This document shows positions 1 to 11,754 of a stretch of DNA of 64,000 nucleotides, piece by piece. How positions within the stretch are numbered: position 1 is the first letter of the stretch; the number at the start of each line of letters is the position of its first letter. The translations under genes were made by a program, and so were the position numbers. This DNA comes from Dimorphilus gyrociliatus (Eukaryota; Animalia; Annelida): positions 372,001 through 436,000 of the forward strand of contig CAJFCJ010000011.1 in the NCBI GenBank assembly GCA_904063045.1. Reading direction: 5' to 3'. Below the pieces are notes generated by a model that was given only the letters and a program-made list of their open reading frames with translations, had not been told where the DNA came from and searched no databases.

Positions 1-20
1 TGTCTATCTATGCTCACAAA

Positions 21-1263
21 ATGCCACATCGGTTAAGAAGAGTCGTTATTTTGGGTTTTAGGAGCGTTGGTAAGTTATATTGTCATGTTTTAGTGATAAA
101 GCATGTTTGTTTACTAGTTTATTGAACTTTAGCAACGTTCAACTAGACAAAATGATTAGCTACGAGAATATTCTGTTTTATTTTTTACTAGACATAATTA
201 AGTTTTATTGACTGAAAATATTTAATAAATTTGTGCATATTTTAGTAAAAATTCAATTCTTTTATCCATCCCTTAGGAAAGTCTTCCTTAACCATACAAT
301 TTGTCGAAAATCATTTTGTGGACAACTACAATCCGACCATTGAGAACACTTTTGATAAAGTGATTTCTCACAAAAATGTCGAATATAGATTAGATATTGT
401 TGATACTGCTGGTCAAGATGAATACTCCATTTGCCCGCAGGCTTATACAATGAACATAGACGGATATGTTCTCGTGTTTTCGCTAACATCCAGAAAAAGT
501 TTCGAAGTCGTCAAAGTCATTTATGAGAAACTACTAGATCAGACAGGAAAGAAAACATTACCGCTTATCTTGGTTGCCAACAAAAGCGATTTGGCAAGTG
601 AAAGACAAGTTCAACCCAACGAAGGAAGAGCTTTGGCAAACGAATGGAAGGTGAACTTTATCGAGGCTTCTGCGAAAGACAATAAAGTGAGTTCATATAT
701 TTAATAGTAAACGGAAGTAGCCTAGACAGGATGGGACTCTGAAAAGAGGCATCTGTCTTTAACATTCTATTCCACTAAGAATGCATGCACAATTTAAACA
801 GAAACCCATTCCATATAATTCAAAATAGAATAGGTTTTTATATTTGTTAACGAAAACTCTCGTGTTTCTTTTATAGAAATCGAATAGATGCTTAAATTTA
901 CATTGTAAACAATAGACTTCCCTATTAAAAATGTATCTTTTATAAGAAACAATTTACATTATAACTGCTATAATAAGAGAGTAGTATAACCTTTTAAGAC
1001 TATTCTACCATTGTAATACACATTTACATACTTCTAACGATAGAGAATACTAACAAATTTTTTTATTAATACTATAACTAATTCTATTTACTCATTCTTC
1101 TGCTAAGATAAATAAAGTCATTGGGGAAACTATAGTATTAATCATTATTTTTTCTTTTTTTTTTATTCTTCAGAATGTCAAAAATATATTTCAATCAATT
1201 TTGGACGATATGGACAAATCTGAGGGAAATTCTTCTGACAAACCCAGTTGCAATGTTATGTAA
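21..1263 (+). CDS. Rheb: Rheb small GTPase (3 exons: 21-69, 277-686, 1174-1263)
   Basis: Spliced product [42 protein letters not shown]...DTAGQDEY...NKSDL...SAK...CNVM*. It has the Rheb-type G1 (GxRSVGKS), the effector loop and a CaaX box. Splice sites are canonical. Confidence 0.95.
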
Positions 1264-1651
1264 AAAATAAACTGTTACCACTTGTTAAAGGACTTTATAT
1301 ATGTTTAATAGTTAATAACGTTACATTGAATATTCAGGTACCTATGCTATTCTATAATTTTTCTTGAAGCATGCTAGTTTAAATTTTTTTTTTCTTTTTC
1401 ATTATATCCAGTCATTATTCATTTATAATAAACAATCATTAATTTATCAATTTTGGTTGCATTATAGAATTACGATCAGTTAGGAAAAATTATGAAATTG
1501 TAAATAGACTGTGGCGACATCTATTCCAAACTCGAGAAAAATATTCGTTTATAACGCATATCAAAGTGAAGGTCATCGAAGCTCGTGGAGATTTTCGTGA
1601 AAACCTCGGCAGATTCACTTACTCTATTAATCAATATTGAAAATATTCATC

Positions 1652-1948
1652 ATGTGGACGAGGCTAATACAAACTTTTAATACTGTTAGACCTTTTTTTG
1701 TTCAATCTCGCTACTTCAGCCTGTTAGAACAACACTGGCTCCGTAAACCGAATAAGATTTTATTGCAACCTTCTAATTATATGTTACAATTACAAAACGA
1801 GTATAAAGTCAAAGTTGCTCTAAGAAAACGATGTAAACAATGCTACATGGTTATGAGGAAAAATAGATGGTACGTAGAATGTAAAGCGAAGCCTAGACAT
1901 AAACAGATGCAAAAGCTCGATAAAAAAGATGTTTGGAAGGAAGATTAA
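1652..1948 (+). CDS. MRPL36: Mitochondrial ribosomal protein bL36m
   Basis: C-terminal [37 protein letters not shown] is the L36 zinc-ribbon signature. It is preceded by a presequence-like N-terminus. Confidence 0.92.
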   Translation: MWTRLIQTFNTVRPFFVQSRYFSLLEQHWLRKPNKILLQPSNYMLQLQNEYKVKVALRKRCKQCYMVMRKNRWYVECKAKPRHKQMQKLDKKDVWKED

Positions 1949-2008
1949 AGGAACATTTAATTATTATGCAAAAAATTTTTCGATTGTACCATCTTTGGTA
2001 ATAAAATT

Positions 2009-3163
2009 CTATTTAACATCTTTCTGTTTAAAGGATTGACTCCATTCGGATGCGGATACGGAATGTTTTTGAAAACTTCTATTACTATCGTTGTAATAGT
2101 CATTTTCATTATCATCGTCATCATAATTTGTTGTATCGTTTCGATATTCTCCAACTATACTACTAGATTCCCTAATGCTCATTGTCTTAACTTGTTCCAT
2201 TCTATCATCCACCATAGAGTTATAATAATATGGATCCTCATCTTCGAAATCTTTTTCACTTATAGTTTCCGTACCAATACGACCTGGTTGTATTTTTTCA
2301 GCTCTGGCCACTCCTGATGAATCATGTTGAATAATTCGTATTTTAGGTTCGTCATTCAATTCCTCGTCTGCTGTTATTAAGGATTCGTCTGTTTGAAATA
2401 TACACTCGTTATTTTCTGATATGTCGTCTTCCTCTTCTTCTCTGTCACTCCTTTCCTTCTCTTCTTCGCTGGAAAAACAGCTCCAGTCGTCCGAAGCAAA
2501 ATCCGATATTGATTTCTCGTTATCTTCCTCTAAATCAGTTTCACTTACCGGAGGAATGTAAATACCCTGAGAGGCTAACTCACTTCTCAACTTTTCCTCT
2601 TTCCTTAGTAGTTTTCTTCGTTTCTTTTCATAGCTTTTCTGGTCAGCTATAAAACGCTGTTCGTCCTTTTTTATCTTTTTCTTTACTAACGTTTTAAGCT
2701 TTTCCTCCTTTCTCAGCAACTCCTTTCTTTTCCTCTCCTCCTTCTTCCGTGCTTTCAAAGTGACCTCCTCGTCTTTCAGGTTGTTCAGAACTCCTAGCCA
2801 ATCTTGGACATTTTTTTCCGGTTGGGTGTCTTGTGGCAACAAAATATTTGATTGTACAGATAAGGTCATTGGAACAGAGGCGGGATCATTGCCAATAATA
2901 ATAGATGGTGGAGCTGAAACTGGAATTGGATCCGGAATCGAAGCTGGAGGTGGAGGGGGAGCTGGAACTGCAAGTGGAGCTAAAGTGTTTTCTTCTATAG
3001 TAGGTAATGCATTTTCCGGAATCGTTCTAGCTAAACTGCCACATACAGAACGTTTTGCTGGCAGTGTGAACATAGATTGTTCTATTGCAGGCTTTTCTTC
3101 TACAGTGTTTTGCTTGAGTTTTTGATGAAACTGGACAACGTTTCTGAGGGAAAAAAGTTTCAT
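2009..3163 (-). CDS. Uncharacterised 384-aa intronless protein (Pro-rich, basic coiled-coil and acidic segments)
   Basis: A 1155-nt ATG-initiated ORF in AT-rich DNA, too long to be chance. No family recognised. Confidence 0.65.
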   Translation of the reverse strand: MKLFSLRNVVQFHQKLKQNTVEEKPAIEQSMFTLPAKRSVCGSLARTIPENALPTIEENTLAPLAVPAPPPPPASIPDPIPVSAPPSIIIGNDPASVPMTLSVQSNILLPQDTQPEKNVQDWLGVLNNLKDEEVTLKARKKEERKRKELLRKEEKLKTLVKKKIKKDEQRFIADQKSYEKKRRKLLRKEEKLRSELASQGIYIPPVSETDLEEDNEKSISDFASDDWSCFSSEEEKERSDREEEEDDISENNECIFQTDESLITADEELNDEPKIRIIQHDSSGVARAEKIQPGRIGTETISEKDFEDEDPYYYNSMVDDRMEQVKTMSIRESSSIVGEYRNDTTNYDDDDNENDYYNDSNRSFQKHSVSASEWSQSFKQKDVK

Positions 3164-3647
3164 CTTCTATCAAGAATATAAATGTATATGATTTAAAATG
3201 CTGAATGAGTAGTTCCAAAGAGCGAATAACGGATATTAGATAGATCGCTTATTCCCAAAAAAAAGACATTTTTCTCGCTTTATTGTCTTAATAAATAACT
3301 AATAAACAAACCTGAATTTCGCATTTAATAGTAATACAATTCCGATACTGATTAGAAGAATTACAATTAGGACGATACATATTCCATAAACCCAAAATGG
3401 TACTTCACTCTGTTTAGAAAATTCGTATGTTGTCCTATTAAAAGGCTCTAAGTTGGTTATTGTTGATGTTTCGTTCATACTTTTATATCAATAATAGAGA
3501 GAGAGAGAGCAGAAAATTTATTGTATGTTTGTATTTATGTAAGCCTAATCATTTTTTATTAATGCATAAAAATTTAATTGGCATCAAATAGCACATTAAT
3601 TAATTCGTTTAAGTATAAAATGTCATTCAGAACTTCAATAATTTCCG

Positions 3648-3959
3648 TCAGTCCTCCGATTTCTTATTCTTGCTTAATTGACGTCTGAAACGAACTTCCG
3701 TCGTACTCTCACATACTAAAAATAAAATTGAATAAAATTTTATTATCTTTGAATTGTATTTTATCATTTTTATCTTTTATATGCAGATTTTAGTAATTTG
3801 AAATACATTTTTACCTCTATCGATTGAAATTGATCTATTCAAGTCTGCCTTCTTCTTAGAGGAATCTTTTTTGCTTGTAAAATTTTTTCCATATAGGAAA
3901 TAACACAGTAAAACTATGATTATGACAATTATTATGAAGATGATTGAAGATTGATCCAT
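3648..3959 (-). CDS. Putative 70-aa single-pass membrane micropeptide (exons 3959-3815, 3715-3648)
   Basis: The GT-AG intron joins in frame to give MDQSSIIFIIIVIIIVLLCYFLYGKNFTSKKDSSKKKADLNRSISIDRVCESTTEVRFRRQLSKNKKSED*, an N-terminal hydrophobic helix plus a basic tail. Confidence 0.55.
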
Positions 3960-4511
3960 GTTTAAAAGGAAGCTCCAAGAACTAGTTAGTAAACTTTCTG
4001 CTCTCTATTTGAATAGACAGGCCATAGTGTCTGTACAAAAACACTGAACCGTATAAAAAAATTTATGCCTAGCTCCCTGAAAATAGCGAATCAAAAGTAA
4101 ACTATAATAGTAATAAAAGAGGCTGGATTTTCTTTGTTTCATTTATCACAACATCCTATTTATTGTGTAACTAAACAATAGAAATTTCATACGTTTTGGA
4201 GCGTTTTAGAGTCTAAGCAAGATTTATGACAATAAAATCTTTTTTTTTGACTAAACTGTAAAACCCTCTGAACCACTATAGTTTTTGGTCATTACTTCCT
4301 TGGGTTTCCTATATTAAATCAATATATATGTATTTAATTATGCAGTATCTATATTTATACTAATGTTATTTATTTGAAAATATGTTATATATGTCCTAAA
4401 TATTATGACCAAAAACTAATTTAATTTTATACTAAATCGCCGTTGACATTTAATTGGAATTGACAAATATTTTGAAATTGACTACGTAATCCATCAATTA
4501 ATTCCACATTT

Positions 4512-5266
4512 TTACATAGGTGGTTTATAATTGATATGCAATTGCGGTTTTATATCACAAACAAGAGTTAATAACTTTGCAAACGCCTTCTCCTTGTTCA
4601 AATTATAATCCCTTTCTAGCTCGCTTAATCTTATCTGCGTTTCTTTATCTATCCTTTGTTCAGAATCTCCTTTCGAGCCTAGAATCTGTTTTTGAAAAAA
4701 AGAAGTAATATTATTCATTAGAACTAATTATAGCAATGATACTAATGTTTTTCATAATATTTTGCTTATTTATATAAGTTGAATTGTTAATGCTGATCAC
4801 AATGGTTTCTGTTTCGTGTCTATTTGACTTTTTTTAGCATTAGATTTAATTTAATTTAAGTCTTCGCCAGAAACTGACAGGCCAAGTAAAAGTAAATTTG
4901 TCCAGTTATGAAAATACTTTACATTTGCTTCGTGCTGACGGTATTGCTGCTCTCTTTCCTGTTTGTAGCTATCAATCTCTGCTTGTGCCTCTTCCTTTGC
5001 CTGCTTTAGTCTTCGAGCCTTTCCTGAAATGAAAAGATCGCAATAATTTCATTTAAAAACATCAGTCACATGATTAGTATTCATAGATGAAGACAATTAA
5101 ATTAACAAATTCTCTTAAATAGCACATTGAATTACAATTTTAAATTTCACAATATAATGTTAATATTTCATTTGTTTAACTCACTTTTTCTAGCTTCAGA
5201 CACCTTTTCAGCAGCTCTTTTTTCAGCGGCTAATAATTGTTGAATTCCAGTTGACTGGCTCGCCAT
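4512..5266 (-). CDS. ATP6V1G: V-type ATPase subunit G (3 exons)
   Basis: MASQSTGIQQLLAAEKRAAEKVSEARK...RRLKQAKEEAQAEI...ILGSKGD...LVCDIKPQLHINY. Confidence 0.95.
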
Positions 5267-5280
5267 CTTGATTCTTTTTT

Positions 5281-5290
5281 GTCATGTGAT
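5281..5290. promoter_or_regulatory. M-box/CLEAR-like E-box upstream of V-ATPase G
   Basis: GTCATGTGAT lies about 15 nt upstream of the ATG. A second GTCACATGAT is in intron 1 (5065-5074). Confidence 0.35.
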
Positions 5291-5499
5291 TCGAATTAAA
5301 CTGGTATCCAATTCAACGTCAAAAGGTTATATTTTACAGATTCTGCAAAAAACTGGTAAAGCAAAAGGGCGGGAAATTCTTAAATGTATTTGATATCGTG
5401 CCTTTCATGACGTGGATTATGTATTACAAAAGCATATCAATCATTATATTACATTCATATGAAAGTTGTAAAAAATAATAACAATCTTCATGTTCTTGG

Positions 5500-6250
5500 T
5501 TAGCATTATCCCAAGATCTTTTAATTTTTACAGAGCAATATTATCCTCATTTAGGAGATCACTGTCCAATTATATAATATAACGAAATAATGGATAGTGA
5601 AATGTGTTTATTACTTCAAAAATGTAATAAAATTTAAATCTTTTTCATTTTTTCTATGTTATTTTATGATTAATTATCCTACTTATAACCATTGAATTTT
5701 GTTGCTTTTGCCTCACAAATTAATCTTTATTTACTCACTCATCAGAGATTTTGTAGAGTATCTCCGACATACTTCTCCCATTTTACAGCTAGAGCTACAA
5801 ATTCAATAAGTTCATTTATATTGTAGCTAATTATTTGTGCATTGATGAAGCCCTATAATACTGGGCTATCTTCTATGCTATTACATCAATTTTGAAATAA
5901 ATTTAAGACTTTACAAATATGTAGATTAATGCTTTTGCCTTGTTTATTAGAAAATATTATCCCAAATTTCTGCTCTCATCGTTGTTAGTATCTTTTAGGA
6001 GGAACATAACAGAATATTCAGCTCTTTATCCCTCTTTTAAATGAAATAAACATTTTTCTCTGTGGATCTTATTAGGAAGAAGCAAATGTATTTAACTGTA
6101 TTAAACAAGATATTCTAACAGGAAAATAGTATATGTTTGTCACTAAGTAGAAACTGTTCGACAAAGAAAGGGTAGATACGAAAATGCTTCCTCTGATAGT
6201 AATATGATCCTCGCTTGAAAATGAAAATTTTTTATCCGTTACAAAAATAT
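5500..6250 (-). mobile_element. Possible highly decayed non-LTR retrotransposon endonuclease relic
   Basis: Fragmentary minus-strand motifs IFCYVPPK and IIG-F-NAQI-like, interrupted by stops and frameshifts, reminiscent of APE endonuclease motifs. Weak evidence. Confidence 0.2.
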
Positions 6251-6314
6251 GATATTTTTCAGAGTTAATTAAAATAATTAAAATAATTAAAGTGTATTAT
6301 TAGCCACTAAGTAT

Positions 6315-6413
6315 AAATAGGACATTGCTGTTGTTTTTTCGTTATTTACTTATCTTTCAGGTAATCATCCATTTTCTGGGTCAGATAGAATACTTCTCTT
6401 TCTTTTTTGTGTT
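6315..6413 (+). repeat. Dispersed repeat, copy A
   Basis: Shares the ordered blocks AAATAGGACATTG / TTTTTTCGTTA / TAATCATCCA / GGTCAGA / TTTTTTGTGTT with 11357-11424. Confidence 0.6.
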
Positions 6414-6767
6414 TGAAAGTAAAATAAAGAAAGAAAAACTAGTAAGTTTGCTTGCAAATGAAACAATATACTTTTTCCCTTCTTTATTTTTTTAAGTTTC
6501 TTTTTTTTGCTTACTTCTTAAGCTTTACATAGAAAGAAATGATGGTGTTTTGTTCTTTGGAGGAAAAAAAAAAAAGATAATAAAAACATTGAAAGAAGCT
6601 GTTTTGTAGCATTATTATAAATTTCGTTTGTTTGTAAGATAGATTTTCGCTCATAATATCATATAATACATCCGTTAGTAAGTGATTTCATTATTTACGC
6701 TTTTTATTATGAAAAGTAGGTGAAATTGTCATAAGGAAGTTTAATTTTACTAGACTTAATTGTCCTT

Positions 6768-7365
6768 TTACTCAGCCAATATTCTATTTTTGAATGCAAC
6801 ATTTTCTCTCTTTAAATCCTCGAAAAGGACATAGAATCTAAAAAGAAAACAAGCCTTACTTTTTTCTAATTAAATAGAAATAAAACCACAAAAATGTACC
6901 TGTCATCAGCTATTCCTAGACTGTTTGTTATAAACTGGGTGATATTTCTAGCATGCTGTTTATTTTCTTCCAAGCTGATTTTACCCGCACTTGCAACTTT
7001 AACTATGGCGCATGGTTCGTTAGTAGCTCCAAAAGTCATTTGCTTCCCGGTATTAACTTCAACACAAACGTACTGCAAAACAGAGCGAAAACTGAAAACG
7101 TTGTTGTTTAATCAATAAATATTTAATATGGGGAGTTTAGTCAATTAAATTCCAAAGTTCAAGGATTAAAAGCATAAATGTTGTATTATCAAAAAGGAAT
7201 GAAAAAGGTTTAAGTTTAGTTTTTAGGTTATGCTGAAATTAATTAAGGAAATTAACTACTAACAGTTATAGGTTTTCCGAGAGTTTCGGCAATAACTTTG
7301 CTGCAATTTTGCAGAAAATCGTCAGGTACATTCTTAACATTAGTATTTATTTCACAGAGTGGCAT
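6768..7365 (-). CDS. MIF: Macrophage migration inhibitory factor / tautomerase family protein (3 exons)
   Basis: MPLCEINTNVKNVPDDF...LGKPITYVCVEVNTGKQMTFGATNEPCA...LGIADDRFYVLFEDL. The catalytic Pro1 and the LGKP motif are retained. Confidence 0.9.
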
Positions 7366-7778
7366 TTTAATATCTCAAGCTTAATTAACGCTTCTCTCAC
7401 AGTCTTGGAAAAATTATACTCTTTGCACAATAGGCAGTCGGTAATCTTTCGTTTGTGACGTCACATCCTATAAATTTCCCATCTATTCCTTATCTTACAA
7501 ATTGTTATAGGAGAAAAGCTTAGAAAATATCATTAGAATCGTTTGACAGCCATAACACCTCTAGCATATTTTTAGAATAAAATATGTAAACTATATTTTC
7601 AGTTGAACTTGGGATACAATACTGCGTTAGTTAGTTTTTTTTAATTCGGCATCGTATTCGTTTGAAGGATACAAAATAGAATATTACATAACAATTAACA
7701 ACATTAAATTTTAAAATTTCTCTCGTTTAAAATTAAACATCAATAATCTTTATAAAATGAATTAAAATTCATGCAGTG

Positions 7779-9373
7779 TTAATTCTCATCTTCTTTCATT
7801 AGAGTATAGATAGCATCACGTAGAACTTCGTAGTCTTCCAATGTATTGTAAATCTGCGCTGAAATTCTAACCCAGCATTCGCCATATATAATAAATGTAG
7901 GGACGCAAATCTTAAATCGATCTCTTAAAACCGTTATTAAATCATCATGATCCATATAAACAACATTCTCTGATTCCTTAGGGGGTGGATATTTCTTCAA
8001 TTTTGGTAATTGAATCAATGACATAAAAGGAGCTCTCATACAATCTGGAATTTCTAATAATTTTGTATTCCAGGCTTTTGCCAGCATTGAGGAGGCAGTA
8101 AAATTTAAATTTGTGTTATATTCCATTATTTTTGACTTGAGAGTAAAATGGACAAATATATATATATAAATCAGTTTAATTTATTTAAATATTTACCAAT
8201 CCACCGCATTTCTCTACGAAATTTCTTGATTGCGTCCAACAGAATAGCGAGGAGAAATCTCTTGTTCCGATATAGTGAAATCTTTTTTGGAATGGTCTAG
8301 CTTTGTATTTGAAAGAGGTCATAATATTATGCATGGACTCTTGTCGTCCATCAGCAACATAGAGCATACCGCAACTTCTCGGAACAAAATTCCATTTATG
8401 TAAACTTGCTGTAATAATTAAAGGAAATATATACCTTATTTATTCATTTACAATTGCGAAACATATTGTTAGAAAACTCTTACCAACGTAATAGTCAGGT
8501 TGTAATTCATCTAGACAAACAGAAACTTGCCCTGGAGCGTGTGCACCATCTATCAGAATTATAACGTCGTACGCTCTAAAGAGGTTCATTAGCTTCTCAA
8601 CAGGCCATAGTATAGGAACAGCGCTTGAAATATGATCTAAATTATTTAAACGATTAATTTTCTCTTAATAGGAAAACTTTATGAAAGAAAAACCTAATAT
8701 AATCATTCTGATATCAGGGTACTTTTCCAACTCGTTGGCGTATAACTGAACAATATCGTCATCTGATTTGATAGGTAACCTTATATCCAATGTTCTGACT
8801 ATAAAACCTTTTTGTTCGGCTATTCTTTCAGCAACGCATGCAGTTGCCTTATAAGTAAATGACTGGACCTGGAAAAGGATATGAAATAGTAAAATAATAA
8901 CTATAAAAGGATGAAATATTATCCACCAAGATAGAATCGCCTTCCGAAAGAGGAGCTGACATTATGGAGCTATTTACGCCAAATGTTGTATTATCCGTTA
9001 GAGCTTGTTGAAGAGAAGATAGAAAAAGATTTTTTTTTTTAAATTAATTGATTAACTTAATAAGAGTTATTAACAGATTGATCTTACCAACGCTATTCGG
9101 CTCTGTTCCAACAAATTTAGCTATCGCTTCGCTATTCCTTTCTTGCTCTTCATATAATGTCTTTCTAAAGAAATATTCTGGTAATGCCTCGTGATCTCTA
9201 AGTAACCTGTCAATTAAGATTGCCTAATTTAATCCCTAATTGTATATTCCTTATATATACTTCATCTTATAATCAAACACTTCCTTAGGAACTGCACCCC
9301 ATGATCCATGATTTATCATTGAATAATCATTGTTGAGAAGAAAGTTTTCGAGCATGCTCTTCCCGAACTCCAT
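7779..9373 (-). CDS. PLP-dependent class-V aminotransferase-fold enzyme (Egt2 sulfoxide lyase / L-cysteine desulfhydrase / CefD epimerase-like), multi-exon
   Basis: Motifs INHGSWGAVP, LDHISS, IDGAHAPGQ and the PLP-lysine motif ASLHKWNFVPRSCGMLY. The C-terminus reads VRISAQIYNTLEDYEVL. Confidence 0.88.
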
Positions 9374-9921
9374 AGTTAGACAGTGAAATGGTTCTAGCTG
9401 TAAAGATTTATATTACTTATATGACAGCGGGCAAGATAACCGCTAGGTGGTGAATGTTGGAATAGGAAATACGAGGTTAGGAGAAATCAGGTATTGCGAG
9501 AATACAGGAGTGAATAGTTCATGATAATCACCTTTGATATTTGATAAAAAGAATTTATTGTCAGTACTGATGCACAAAGTTTTTGTGTTATCAATAATTC
9601 AGTGCACAATATTGAAAATCGCCTTTCACGAAGATGTATCACTTTTTACGCCATCTGCATTTTATAATTTGAACCGCATCAACGCCCCCTTTAGAGAGAT
9701 ACTAAACATAACTGCTTTATTAAATAATGAACTTGTGTGCATTTTTATTTTCGGTTTTGTATAATTATTATTATTGATATTAATTCTATAAAATTGCTTA
9801 TTCATGAGCTATTATCAGCCTCTTTTATTTGAAATATAAATTCTATGAACCCAAAGGAATCATTTAGTAAGATTCAGACTATGTATGCCCCAACAATTAG
9901 GAAACACATTTTAATTTTAAT

Positions 9922-10857
9922 CTACTGCAGCTGTTTCAATACAGCCTCGCCGAACTTTGCAGCTGAACTTTTATCAAGAAAGAGTGTTGGCTCTAGAAGT
10001 TCCAATTCCATAACGACCGCTTTTCCTTCGTAAACTACCAGATCTATTCTAGCATATGGTAAATCTCCTCTTACCCAATTTACTATGCGATCTCCCAATA
10101 GTCTAAATTCATCAGGTGGAGTAATTCTCTCAATTTTAATATTGGTCATATCGAACAATCGAAAATCTTCTAGAGGAGTCTTTCTAACTGAATGGGAGTA
10201 TACCTTATCAAAATAGATCAAAGACGTCTCTCCTTGGTCTTGTAAATTTTCAACGAAGGGTTGTATCATCATCGAACAAGACTGCAGGATCTTTTCACAT
10301 ATCTTTAGGCCTATAGATTATAAAAATATATATAAGAACTATTGAATATAGAGCTTTTTTATTTGAAAGTTATGCTTAAAAAAACCTCTTTCAACGCCTT
10401 CCTCAAGGTCGAATTTTTCAACGTTGTGTGAAGAACCGCCAAGGATGGGTTTAAATATCATCTTCTTCCAACCAGTTTTTAACAAAGCCTCCTCCGTAGC
10501 ATCTTTGAGATTACGAAAAAAAATTGTCGGCACTATAGGAATACCATTTCTAATTAGATCATCCAAATAGGTCTTCTCCATATTCCATAACAAAATTTGA
10601 TAGGGATTAAACAATTTGATATTCAACGAATTTAGCTTTGTCAACCATTCTTTAAATTCTTTAGGTTGTACAAAATAGTCCCAAGTTGTTCTAACTATAA
10701 CAGCGCAATATTCTTCCCAACAAGTGTTCGAATTCCAAACCTTTCCGTCAACTTCATAACCCTTTGATCGTAGATATTCGGCTAATAGATCGTCCTTTTG
10801 AATATCTAAGTCACAAATTTCAGGAACTTCATAATGAGTTGCTATAGCAATCTTCAT
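9922..10857 (-). CDS. Bacterial-type ATP-grasp ligase, DcsG/RimK-like, 286 aa (exons 10857-10386, 10310-9922)
   Basis: Motifs VRTTWDY, FNPYQILLWNMEKTYL, IFKPILGGSS, IQPFVE..GETSLIYF...YSHSVRK and YARIDLV....MELELLEPTLF. A 75-nt GT-AG intron restores the frame (EEGVERGLKICEKIL). Confidence 0.88.
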
Positions 10858-11356
10858 AACTTACTGTTGAATCCTTCAGAAATAAGGGCGATCAATTGAC
10901 TTTTGGACTTTGATTTCGAAGGTGTCATATACCGAATTTGATATAAAGATAACATTCCTTATATCGCTCTTCTTTAATTATAATCGTATTTAATTTTGCA
11001 ACGTCATATTTACCAACAGAATTTTTGTTACATTTTTAACTGACATTCTTTTTAGACTTGCGCAATTCATAATAGAAATCATATGCTTTTAGATAGAGAT
11101 ATGGAAAATAAATGAAAGCATAAAAAGTTTGGAATACTTGAAAAACTAATGAATATTACATATCTTTTATAGATGATAATGCAAATTGTTTATTTAGAAT
11201 AGATTTGTATTGAATCTCATCAAAACTATCAACTTCATAAAGGATTTGTAATAAAAAATAATCATATTTAATGAAATTCTCTATTTATCAAGATTCAATA
11301 ACCAATCTGTTTGTGTTCTCAAATTTTTAAGATACCAACTTCATCAGTTAGAATAG

Positions 11357-11424
11357 AAATAGGACATTGTTTTTTCGTTAACTAATCATCCACGTTTTAG
11401 GTCAGACGAAAGCTTTTTTGTGTT
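11357..11424 (+). repeat. Dispersed repeat, copy B
   Basis: Same ordered blocks as 6315-6413, in the same orientation. Confidence 0.6.
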
Positions 11425-11754
11425 AAAAAAAAAAAGAAGTAAAAAAGTAAATGGCACTGAGTCTGATCAAAAAAGAATTTTCATTTTTCCTTTTATTTAC
11501 TATCTAACTTATGCATTCGAATAGTCTGATACAACATTATAATAATTCTCATACATTTTATAGGGAACATTTTCAATGACAAAAGAAGACACAATAGAAT
11601 ATTGAAATTGATTTTTTTGGCCTAGGCTATTTTTGAATGCTGTATTGAATGGTAAAGACTCAACTCGCATGTATATTATAAAACTCAAGTCTGCTAGAAC
11701 AGTTTAAAAAGCACAGTTAACCAAACAACTACGTCAGTTTCGTTAGAACAAAGC

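Noticed and set aside
9420-9770. GC-richer patch between the ATP-grasp and PLP genes (possible ncRNA or retroelement relic)
   Set aside because: All frames are interrupted, the motif resemblance (GGV, GDF) is spaced incorrectly for an endonuclease, and I saw no convincing RNA structure.
9922-10857. Bacterial contamination as the source of the ATP-grasp gene
   Set aside because: It has a canonical in-phase spliceosomal intron, host-like composition and contiguous animal neighbours.
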